DNA of 37,994 nucleotides. Origin: Trichomonas gallinae (taxonomy: Eukaryota). The position numbers and the translations under genes were made by a program. The number at the start of each line of letters is the position of its first letter. Position 1 is the first letter of the stretch. The DNA lies in assembly GCA_008369845.1 (NCBI GenBank), contig MRSU01004764.1, positions 1 to 37,994 of the forward strand. The letters are read 5' to 3'. Below are positions 29,901 to 37,994 of the stretch, one piece after another. Under the pieces are notes generated by a model, which was not told where the DNA came from, did not search any database, and saw nothing but the letters and a program-made list of their open reading frames with translations.

Positions 29901-32328
29901 ATGGAAGAGATTGAAAACATACGCTGAACCATGTGTTCATACCATTGTCTAACTGCAGAGGACGGCCAACAAGAGATCCACCAATTGTGATTCCACCCAA
30001 CACAATGATGACCATCTTGGTGTAAATCGACTCTGGCTCTACTGAGTCAATGCTGATGTCGCTGTTGATGAAATCAATGATACCGAAAAACAGTGGGATT
30101 CCAATTGAAACAATTCCAACAACTGACCAAGCAAGAATGGAGGCTTTTGCATACAAAATGGCGGAGAATCCATTGAGTATCCAATATAGAACAAAGGCAG
30201 TTTTAATAGCGGCCGGCTGGTACATTTTGCAAAACTCGATAAATGCAATGAAATTAAGTCCAGCTCCACTTGCAAAAGCAATTACATAGAATCCAGCTAA
30301 GATTTTCCCGCAGAGAAGGCAGATGAATCCGACCAAAGAAAAAATGCCTGCTACTGATCCAAAAATCATTGTGTTTAGGATTGTCCCATTTTCATAGTCT
30401 CTCGCGAGATATGAGACAATCGCAAAGATCAATGAGCTAACAAGGAAAGTTCCCGAGAGAGAAATCGAATGAACGAAGTCATTGTTGAATTTCATTACTC
30501 CAACCCAAAACGCAAGTGGGCCAATAAACGCTTGATAAGTGAAAATATGCATGAATAAAACGAAAACATTGCGTTGTTCGTCAGTTTCGTCTAGTAAAAT
30601 GAATTCCTTTTTGAATGTAAGATTGATAGGCTGAAAAACTTTTTTATGTGCAACCCAGATAAAGATTGTCTGGATACCTGGGATTAATGATATAAACCTG
30701 ATCCAATGAATTCCTAGTGCTTTAAAAATTGCAACTCCAGCTGAGAAAAATGCAAAGAAAACAATCATATAGATCCTAAATTTGTCGTCACCTGCAACTT
30801 GAAGAATCAAAATTGGAAGAATATAAGACATCAATCCAACAAAAAGCCCCTGGAATGATCTTAATGCAATAACAATGCCTTTGATATGTGATGAAAAATA
30901 CATTGACGTCGAAACAACTATAAATAGAATATGAACAATAGATAGAAGCAGCCTTTTGTCATTGAAAAACAGAAGTTTGTTTTCTTTGGAGAAAAATGTC
31001 ATAAATGCTCCCAAAGCTGCAGTAAAGAACGGAACAACATAGTAAGCAAGATTCGATGAAGAATAAATATCTTCGTTAACAAATGGAGAAGTGCCAATCA
31101 TTGTTCCACCGATAACCATTGCTCCAAAACAAATAAAGAAAGTAAGAATAATTCGGCCTTTTTCATTTATATATTTTTCTTCCTCTTCAATTTGATCATT
31201 ATCATTGTAATTTCTTAATTTCAAATAATTTTTCCTTTTTGTGTCTATAATATTGTATTTCTCATTAATTGCCTGCTTCCTTGAGTGAATGTCTTCTCTC
31301 AGATTTGCAATTTCGACATCGACTAGTTTGAGCTTTTGGATGTTGTCGTTCAATGTTGTGATTTTATCGTTGAGATCTTGGATTCTAATTTTTTGCTCTT
31401 CTTTCGCATGCTCAATTTCATTCTGGATGCTAGCGTATCTAATGTCGATGCTCTCAACATCCTTACTGACTTCTACGCCGCTTTGAACAATATCATTTAA
31501 TCTTTCCTTTTTGCCATCAATGTCATACTGCAAGCCAGCACATTGTGCTTCCAGGCATTGAACATTATCTAACTCGTAATCATCGCCCATGCCATAATTG
31601 ATAGTTTTCTCCTTTATACTGTGAACGACATCACATATGTGCTTCAAAATCGTTGACTTCAGAATAAGCTGTGATTGCGAAATAAAAACTTCGATGTTAT
31701 TTATTTTGTGGTCGAAATTGACGCGCATTCTACTGTATGCTTTTAGAGCGAGATCCCTACTTACTAGAACGCAACTGCGCAGAAATTTATCTGCTTCAAC
31801 AACTGAGAGATCAAAGTGGTCTAAGATTCGAATAACTTCTTCTTCAGTGCGTTTATTCTCTTTTATTAAAGTTATCTCGTTTTCTATCAAAAGACTCCTA
31901 AATGGAACCCATACATCTTCTGTGATAGCATTTAGCGAGTTAGAAATGAGCTGTTCAAGGTTTTGAATCCTTTTTCCATTTTTAATTCGTAAATAAAAAA
32001 ATATTTCAGCTGTTAAAAGGGATTTTGTATCAACACACGCACGTAAAAGTTGGATTGCATCATCAACATCTAGGTAGTTGGATTCGAAAAACATTATAGC
32101 GCCTGTTTCTGTTAATTGATTTAAAACATTTCCGTCAATAAGCTTAAAATTTGATCCTGGCGTGCTTCTTGATACACTAACTGAAGAAGATGGTTCATAA
32201 CATTCAGATGAATACGATTCTTCCACATCTTTGGCAGGAATTTCAGCCATATGGAGAATAATAGCAGTTACGACTTTTGTCAAAAATTTATATTTTAAGT
32301 TAATACATTTTAATATATCCATATCCAT
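26944..32328 (-). CDS. Giant polytopic membrane protein: duplicated N-terminal helical domain, coiled coil and four tandem MFS sugar-porter-like domains
   Basis: Uninterrupted 1794-aa ORF (alternative ATG at 32250). Four ~325-375-aa hydrophobic repeats share ordered motifs: GxxxxGG, PFFxA, DxRxxL, RxxQGxxxGxxSxxxP, IPxxQxxxxW, QAFxGxxAF, FxxxFxxG and WxxNG. The fourth repeat is the most diverged. Confidence 0.85.
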   Translation of the reverse strand: MDMDILKCINLKYKFLTKVVTAIILHMAEIPAKDVEESYSSECYEPSSSVSVSRSTPGSNFKLIDGNVLNQLTETGAIMFFESNYLDVDDAIQLLRACVDTKSLLTAEIFFYLRIKNGKRIQNLEQLISNSLNAITEDVWVPFRSLLIENEITLIKENKRTEEEVIRILDHFDLSVVEADKFLRSCVLVSRDLALKAYSRMRVNFDHKINNIEVFISQSQLILKSTILKHICDVVHSIKEKTINYGMGDDYELDNVQCLEAQCAGLQYDIDGKKERLNDIVQSGVEVSKDVESIDIRYASIQNEIEHAKEEQKIRIQDLNDKITTLNDNIQKLKLVDVEIANLREDIHSRKQAINEKYNIIDTKRKNYLKLRNYNDNDQIEEEEKYINEKGRIILTFFICFGAMVIGGTMIGTSPFVNEDIYSSSNLAYYVVPFFTAALGAFMTFFSKENKLLFFNDKRLLLSIVHILFIVVSTSMYFSSHIKGIVIALRSFQGLFVGLMSYILPILILQVAGDDKFRIYMIVFFAFFSAGVAIFKALGIHWIRFISLIPGIQTIFIWVAHKKVFQPINLTFKKEFILLDETDEQRNVFVLFMHIFTYQAFIGPLAFWVGVMKFNNDFVHSISLSGTFLVSSLIFAIVSYLARDYENGTILNTMIFGSVAGIFSLVGFICLLCGKILAGFYVIAFASGAGLNFIAFIEFCKMYQPAAIKTAFVLYWILNGFSAILYAKASILAWSVVGIVSIGIPLFFGIIDFINSDISIDSVEPESIYTKMVIIVLGGITIGGSLVGRPLQLDNGMNTWFSVCFQSLPFFTAFLGAISFLFALYIFKSTDLRIWLTVINVLFIIFDAIMSTVGNHPTIIVFRSFQGTLLGILSILIPAFIRNLDEFKKLFYAIFIFCVSFGMFSHMMFSTYHLKYISIIPALQVFFTWYLNKPKCDKYIIESLEISPEYAITPVIAFIQAFFGNVAFLIYLTYSHDLKLYAVTYISGALIIGFVGIPFLYSFNYYSFSAMIGVGVIITLSGHVSAYLKQFPASFYVIGFGIGLFSMIPCTHEASLKSNVMYFLSFWLFNGFATVLYMKASVHYWSIVGLSFISASVILTSLGLYYYVLLDHNVDDRNCVGIHFIEIVLCIGALTVSGFMTAAPLDEHDRFLEQLLPFFMAAIPAVIVGFLRLCCEVTLVPDSRILLTVANILFIVFQIIIVQTVEHRTVRIVFRCLQGLVVGYLSFILPMMLIKVTECYFPAYIISFALGIVLSKLLNSFWFYISFIFPSLQIILIWIAESDLFKLDFDDLEDVLIDSIPVFISQIPQAFLGSLAFWMIPYDRGWHSPLLLLTFIIPVIASTIIYYFLYNEFELYSLFISILPLIFFFAAFFVAGNQSSFFITAFAIGAFTFSMPWTIFYSNDSESCCILTWGSFWILNGFAYLMYSYIGLTFFYVNLGFACLAILAYITYGYYCLHDWIQNEWSDKSYDRYCVFILSLGGVFIGSILSTDRVLFDNFIIVNHIKYFAMAGGGLLSYGILLFSPDAIPGIITFINIAMIICSLVTFFVRDIISFSLKCIFAGISLVLLTHCIQSLNGHLLVHYGILMMFISFGIMIGTLAFQPNLLLEVIIPVIQMCHLWGDNHKWKYKTEYNFLFGAGMHLYFVFSGNLGQPILFKFPLNLMNSGLMFVGCALFAIFLGCCPYCCKDVRFPMFILSMILHMIGSIMTFVGIFLCFPLVYFSLGFFTIQIQFFHEYHDNDIDPSLFWFLFWLIEGIGAEVSYATSYDIWSIISMSMIGFFILIFIYSAWKECD

Positions 32329-32891
32329 CCAAAAATAGTCTCAGATTTAACTTGATACGACTTTATTTTTGTTTTTGACATGTAAACAAGAAATATGAAT
32401 GTAAATACTAAAGATTTTGCGCTCATATTGTTATTCACAGACGTTCCTTTCGTTTGAGGATTATTAGTCTGCTATTAGTTTTTTATTGACAGAATGGTGC
32501 ATATTGCAGGTGGCAGTAAAATTGAAATTTCTGGATTTAGTTATAATAATATAGAGAAAAGAAGTTAGAGACCCAAAAAAAGTTTTCCTCCTTTAATTAT
32601 CTACTGATGTTACTGACAAAATGTTCATTTTGTCATGTTGGAAAATTTCCAAATGGATCAAATTGGAAACATTAATAGAAATTATATATTCTTGATAATG
32701 ATATGATATACAAAGATTTTGTAACGATTTTCAAAGATATATTTTCCGGAATTATTTTCAAAGTATTTTTATACGCAAGTAAACATTGGGGTATGCTATA
32801 CTCCTAAATGAAATATAATAAGGATTTAAATAACAAAAAGCGAAAATAATATTCTGATCGAAATCAAATAACAAAATAAACAGGCTGAAAA

Positions 32892-33671
32892 TCAGTGAAT
32901 AGCAGCAAGTTTCGATGATTTAACCTTCATCAAGCCTGGTTTCATGATTAAAGGTTTTGCTGGATTAGATTTTCTAACTTGATCGTATGGACTGTATGAG
33001 TTAATTTGGGGCACCTTAGTCGTCATCATTCCTGGTGGAGGAGATAAAGGCGATAAACTGCTTAATGAATTTATCGATGAAGTCATTGGAGAAGTTGCGG
33101 CAAGAGGATTAGCTTTCGGTGTTCCCAGTGACTTCTGCAATGTGTTGTGCAGCTCGTTAAGGCGTAATTCGTCTTTTGTCCTGTTACAACAAAAATCTGT
33201 TTGCTTTTGTATTGATATCTGTTCGCTTTTTTCTAGCATATTCACAGCATCATCCTGTGCTGAGTCATTATCACCCTCGTTAACAGCTTGTTCACGAAGA
33301 GATAACATTGTGTTTGTTACTTCTTCATCGATACGACGCTGCGTTGCTTGCATTTCGAGCTTAAATTTCTCGAAATTAAGCAATTCTTGTATCCGGAAAA
33401 TGATTACGCGCAACTGATAAATATTCGAATCGTAACCTTGAATCATGAGTTGTTCTAATGCGCTCGCACGCATGTTTACTGTTTTGCTAAGGAAAGAATC
33501 GAACAGATCAGTCACAAGGTTCTGAAATTGATTGAATAAATTATATTGATCGATTGTGTTTTCCGAACTTTCGAACTGCATGCAATTTGTCGCTAGAAAT
33601 CCACAAACGGGCTTCCACCATTGCTCAGACATGAAAAAATTGCATATTTGAACGATTGTTCTTTCTTTCAT
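32892..33671 (-). CDS. BART (ARL2/ARL3-binding) domain protein, CFAP36/CCDC104-like
   Basis: The N-terminal FFMSEQWWKPVCGFLATNCMQFESSENTIDQYNLFNQFQNLVTDLFDSFL...LLNFEKFKLEM matches the BART pattern (F..S..W..P+..F+...C..F...E....Y..+..+F..LV..L...+L...F..FK..M). A coiled region and a Ser/Pro-rich tail follow. Confidence 0.75.
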   Translation of the reverse strand: MKERTIVQICNFFMSEQWWKPVCGFLATNCMQFESSENTIDQYNLFNQFQNLVTDLFDSFLSKTVNMRASALEQLMIQGYDSNIYQLRVIIFRIQELLNFEKFKLEMQATQRRIDEEVTNTMLSLREQAVNEGDNDSAQDDAVNMLEKSEQISIQKQTDFCCNRTKDELRLNELHNTLQKSLGTPKANPLAATSPMTSSINSLSSLSPLSPPPGMMTTKVPQINSYSPYDQVRKSNPAKPLIMKPGLMKVKSSKLAAIH

Positions 33672-34029
33672 TTTTTTCTAAAAGAAATAACGAAAATTGT
33701 GATGACCATTGTTTTCGATTATTTTACTTGATTCTGACTCTTTTAGCTGTTCTTATCCTATATCCACAATAAAAATTGCAAAATCTTTGAGTTTTAGATC
33801 AACGATTTTACAAAATCTTACATCTAACTAAAAACTCAATGACAACCAATATTTATATTTGATTTTATATTGTTATGTACCGGAATTTTTTATTTTTGTT
33901 TTGCTATCGCAAATTTGGTTTTTAATTCCTTATGTTATTCGCCTTTGTTGACTTGCCAACTTTTAATATTCTTCAATTATATTTTAAAACTCTAATCCTT
34001 TTTGCATATACTGCATTTATTTATGAACT

Positions 34030-34560
34030 CAATAATATATCATGATTATATGGAGAAGGAATAACTCCATTAACTTTTTTATATCTACTGAAATTTGTTC
34101 ATAGTGTTCATGTGTTAGTCTAGTGGTTGAAATATTTTGAAAAGAAAAATAATATCTATGATGATGAATGAATATTTCCATTAACCTATACAAACTCATT
34201 AAAAATCATTCATAATGTTTGTGGACTTGATTATTGATTTAAAAATATTTTGGATAAACAAATAATAATAATGAAGATAAATTAATAGTTCCAATAACTT
34301 ATCTATAGTAATTAAAATTCATTCATAATGTTTGTACATAGATTATTGGTAAAAATTTTTTTCGATAAAAAATATTAACAATGATGATCAATGAATAGTA
34401 CTTTTAACCTAAACAATGTCATTAAATCTCATTCATAATGTTTAAGAGTTAGATTATCGATGAAAAAATATTAAATAATAAAAAATAATAACAATGAATT
34501 GAAATAAATATCATATTTGTATTTTGCTGACAACAAAATCATTATAATAACTATTAAAAT
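34030..34560. repeat. Degenerate tandem repeat, ~111-bp period, ~4.5 copies
   Basis: The core TTCATA(A/G)TGTT recurs at 34098, 34209, 34322 and 34432 (spacings 111, 113, 110), with shared flanks (TCCAxTAAC, GATTATxG, AATGAxxxxxAATxAATA). Confidence 0.8.
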
Positions 34561-34685
34561 ATACCCTTTCCCTTTAACAAAAATATATCAGATTTTAAAT
34601 ATTCAAAGTTATTCTTGAGGACATAATCATATAAGTTCTAGGGTTGATGGTGAGTGATATTTGTTATAGAAGTCGTTCAATTCAG

Positions 34686-36677
34686 ATGGAAGATTCTCTC
34701 GAGTCAATGCTGGAGTCCCTTCAAGAGAGAATTATTCCATCTGCATACGAAAAGAAAGTTGAAATAAGCCACACACTAGAGAAAGAACAACGCAAAATAG
34801 CTCTGTTGGGCAGAGAATACTATCATCTTTTATATAAATTTGAAGTTTTAAATGATTCTTCACAATTAATCACATTCGAAGAATATACATCCAAAATATC
34901 ACTGCTTCCGGCATATTATATCCCAAATATCGACCCTCTTCCAACACAAGTTTTGATAAATACGCTAAAACTTTTATTTCAACAGCCACGACTATTCGCA
35001 TTATCCCTAATAGAATCTAATATGCCAGAAAAAGAGTTCATACCATTCGCTTACATGACTTTTCCAGCACTTTTTGGTTTTTTTACTTCACAAGACTTCT
35101 GTGAGCCAGCTGGTCTATTAATATTGGACCTTATACAAGCTGGAGGATCGGATTATATGATTTTTCACCTTGTTTTGTCTTTTTTATATTCCTCAATTAA
35201 TTTTATTGAGTCTATGTGGTGTCAATTTTCACGTATTTGCATCCAAGTCAGCCCAATAAAACCGAAAAATGTACATGAATCATTACTTACCGCAATTAAA
35301 TCTTGCATTCCATTAATTCCGGCTTCAATCTTCTTCATATGCAGAGAACTGACTATTTCCAAGATAGAACTGCTATTTGGTATAATATTTTTGAATTTTC
35401 TCCCAAAAACATTTAAAGTTTGGGTATCAAGGTCCGCTTTAGGTTTATCTTTTGCTAATCCTCATCTTGTCACTGATTACTTCACAAAAAATGCAACATG
35501 GCCAAATGAAAACGCAGTTTGCATTATTAATCATATTACGAAAAATGTTCCGAGATTGCCTAAAGTTCCGAACTTTCCAACCATCTGCAGACTAAATTCA
35601 TCTCTAATGATATTCAATAATCGTGATATTATAGCAATATTCAAAGCTTTTAAATCAATGACACAAAAAATACAACTTTTCGATGCTCTAGAAGGTATTG
35701 GAAAAGATTTATATGACAACGGATTTGAACCATTTATGATACAGTTTTTCCATCGTGCAAGTCCGGCCAGATCGCGAAGTATTGATATAATTCCAATTCC
35801 AAAAATAAATTTAGACTTTACGCCAAATACAGTCCTTGAAAAAGCATATGTGCAGTATGCAGCTGATATTTCAAAAGGCTTAGACGACAGAACAATACAT
35901 CCTTTTTTCAAAACAAAAGAATTTCTCGATTACAAGCTTCTCAAAGATATTTCTCTGCTGAATGCTCGCGCTGATGATCAGAGTGATGTATTAAGGCTGA
36001 CAATAGCGAAAGAAGAAGTTTTAGCTTACGAAAATTCTCTAAAATCAATTTTGAACGATTTATTAGGCTACATCTTCTTCGAGACACGAATAAAGAAGAT
36101 AGCAGCACTAACAATAAGCTCCATCTTCAATCTCGGCGAAATTGTTGAATATCAAAGCTCAGGGAAAGAGCAGCTAAGAGTTATTGCCACAGAAGAACTA
36201 TTGAACACTTTTTCGTTCGAAAGCATCATTCCCATCAACAGGAAGCTCATAGAAAAGATCGCCACGACAATTTCAAGTACTCGAGAGCCAAGTGATCAAT
36301 TATTCTCTCAGTCAGTGCCTTTGTCGTCTTTAGCTTTGATGATTACAAATCGACAGAATCTAAAAGCAGGACAATTTTTGAAATTGGTTACTTGCATTGT
36401 TGACAACGCTATTGCTTTTACAAGGCCGCCATCTAAGTTCGCCGCATACAGCCCTGAAGATGTGATAAGGTATGTAATAAGGATGTCCGCGAAAGAAAGA
36501 GATATTTGCGCTTTTATCTTCCTTGAAAAAATTTTCCTGAGATCGAATTTCATCAGGAAACTGCCTCAAAAACTCATCAACTCATGCAATATGTTTGTAC
36601 AATCCATGTGGGAACTAATTGGAACAGATCAATCAACACTACAGCTAATGTTATCATATGAAATTCCAAATCTTTAA
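34686..36677 (+). CDS. Hypothetical protein, possibly with a divergent RasGAP-like (GAPVD1/GAPex-5-like) N-terminal region
   Basis: ~663-aa ORF (ATG 34686; alternative ATG 34647; 34644 is TTG). LKLLFQQPRLFALSL...TFPALFGFF...LLILDLIQ resembles the LxxxPxxxA...FxxLYG segment preceding RasGAP domains. The family assignment is a recalled similarity only. Confidence 0.7.
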   Translation: MEDSLESMLESLQERIIPSAYEKKVEISHTLEKEQRKIALLGREYYHLLYKFEVLNDSSQLITFEEYTSKISLLPAYYIPNIDPLPTQVLINTLKLLFQQPRLFALSLIESNMPEKEFIPFAYMTFPALFGFFTSQDFCEPAGLLILDLIQAGGSDYMIFHLVLSFLYSSINFIESMWCQFSRICIQVSPIKPKNVHESLLTAIKSCIPLIPASIFFICRELTISKIELLFGIIFLNFLPKTFKVWVSRSALGLSFANPHLVTDYFTKNATWPNENAVCIINHITKNVPRLPKVPNFPTICRLNSSLMIFNNRDIIAIFKAFKSMTQKIQLFDALEGIGKDLYDNGFEPFMIQFFHRASPARSRSIDIIPIPKINLDFTPNTVLEKAYVQYAADISKGLDDRTIHPFFKTKEFLDYKLLKDISLLNARADDQSDVLRLTIAKEEVLAYENSLKSILNDLLGYIFFETRIKKIAALTISSIFNLGEIVEYQSSGKEQLRVIATEELLNTFSFESIIPINRKLIEKIATTISSTREPSDQLFSQSVPLSSLALMITNRQNLKAGQFLKLVTCIVDNAIAFTRPPSKFAAYSPEDVIRYVIRMSAKERDICAFIFLEKIFLRSNFIRKLPQKLINSCNMFVQSMWELIGTDQSTLQLMLSYEIPNL

Positions 36678-37114
36678 TAATAAAATATACTGTTTGTATT
36701 TTTTCTTCAAATCAGTTATAAATTTTTAATATCTATTCTCTAAATTAATTAAATAATATCAAATTTTGAAAAATTGATATTTGATCTTCTACACTATACT
36801 AAAATGTAAGTATCTACATTTTTATAATGATTAATACATTACAATAACAATATGCCTAAATTTTTAATATTCGAAATAATATTTGCATGCTATTAAGCAT
36901 TGTCTATGTGATTAGAATGTTATGATACATTGTGTATGAGATTTATTAATGGATAAATAATAACTTCAATATAAACAACGAACAAAAAATTTTTTAGAAT
37001 AATATAAACAATATCATGATTATTAGTCGAGAACCATATTAATTGATTGTTTCTGTATAATACTATTAGATTAATTACATCTACAAATCGAAAATAAAAA
37101 ATTGATCAAATCGA

Positions 37115-37441
37115 TTACCTAACGCGAACAGGATATGTAGTAACTAGGCCAGTTTTTCCCTTGCATAGGTCCTTGTAGTATTCGCTCAGCAAAGTCATTG
37201 GTGACCTTCTATTTAATTTTAGATTGAACTGAGTGCAATTGATTTTTGTGTTGACATACTTTCTTGTTCTCCAAACTGGTGCCTTCGTGTGATGCTTTTC
37301 GCGAGGAAACCAATCATCTACTGATATATGGTTGTGGCCTTCTCCAATTCCAGTTCCTTGCCTGAACTTCGAGTCTTCCCATTTGTGTGACAAAGGAATT
37401 CGCTGGTACAATATACAAAGTACTGCTAAAATCAAGATCAA
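37115..37441 (-). CDS. Small putative secreted basic protein (108 aa) beginning at TTG
   Basis: The leader (L/M)ILILAVLCILY is followed by a hydrophilic body with coding-like GC content. An Inr TCACT at 37464-37460 and AAA directly precede the first codon. That codon is TTG, and an in-frame TAG at 37456 excludes an upstream ATG. Confidence 0.5.
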   Translation of the reverse strand: MILILAVLCILYQRIPLSHKWEDSKFRQGTGIGEGHNHISVDDWFPREKHHTKAPVWRTRKYVNTKINCTQFNLKLNRRSPMTLLSEYYKDLCKGKTGLVTTYPVRVR

Positions 37442-37994
37442 TTTATAGAAATTCTAAAAAGTGACAGAAAATTTTGGCAATACAACAAAAAACTCTTATT
37501 TCAATCAATATTTAAATAACAGATCCATATTGAACTAATTTCGATTTTTGCAAAATTTTGGAATAAAATGTAATGAATTTCATTCACATTAATATTTAGA
37601 CAATTTAGACCTACATACTTTTCTATATATTATATTTACCAAGGAATTCATATATTTTTTTTTATATTAAAACAAATTTTTTATGGTAAATCTCGATTAG
37701 ATATTGATGAATATTGCATTAATTTTAATTTTAAAATGTGAAATTAATTATACTAATATAATATTATTTATTTCATTATTTATAATCAATAAAATACTAT
37801 TAGTTAATGTAAAAAAAATGATTTTTTATATTTTATCATTTTGTACGGTTCTGACTTTGTCCGGCCAAAGTGTCCAAGTTTAAAAATCCTGTGTCCTAAT
37901 GTACATTTTTTCAGTGAATTTTTGAATTTTTATGAAAACTGTGTCATTGCCAAGAAAAAAAAGCGAATTTAAATCGTGCATTCATATTGATTTT

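Noticed and set aside
32430..32570. Short coding-like stretch (MVHIAGGSKIEISGFSYNNIEKRS)
   Set aside because: It is too short and has no identifiable motif.
37845..37994. GC-richer patch with a small hairpin as a possible transposon end
   Set aside because: No partner terminus, TSD or transposase is visible in the window.
1..37994. tRNA, rRNA, Maverick/Polinton or transposase genes
   Set aside because: No cloverleaf, rRNA-like segment, integrase, DNA polymerase B or DDE motif was recognised.

Overview
AT-rich eukaryotic genomic DNA with intron-free ORFs, most consistent with Trichomonas vaginalis or a close trichomonad. This is inferred from BspA-type LRR genes, the glycine-rich surface family, and TCA(C/T)T initiators and AAAGTGAC elements just upstream of starts. 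Recognisable genes are a 2944-aa VPS13 lipid-transfer protein, a triple UBR-box zinc-finger protein, an eIF2-alpha (PEK)-like kinase, a CAMK-group kinase, a PDI-like thioredoxin protein, a glycine-rich ALK/LTK-like protein, a BART/CFAP36-like protein, three BspA loci and several hypothetical proteins. The most unusual element is a ~1770-1794-aa protein (26944-32328, minus strand) that appears to contain four tandem, diverged MFS sugar-porter-like domains (~44-48 TM helices) behind a duplicated N-terminal helical domain and a coiled coil. Three otherwise intact surface/secreted ORFs and one decayed BspA are broken at their 5' ends (AAG, ATA or TTG where ATG is expected, or a TAA at codon 18). 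The intergenic DNA holds a midasin-like AAA relic, a possible kinase relic and three unrelated degenerate tandem arrays with ~110-120-bp periods. All calls come from reading the sequence by eye; no database searches were run.
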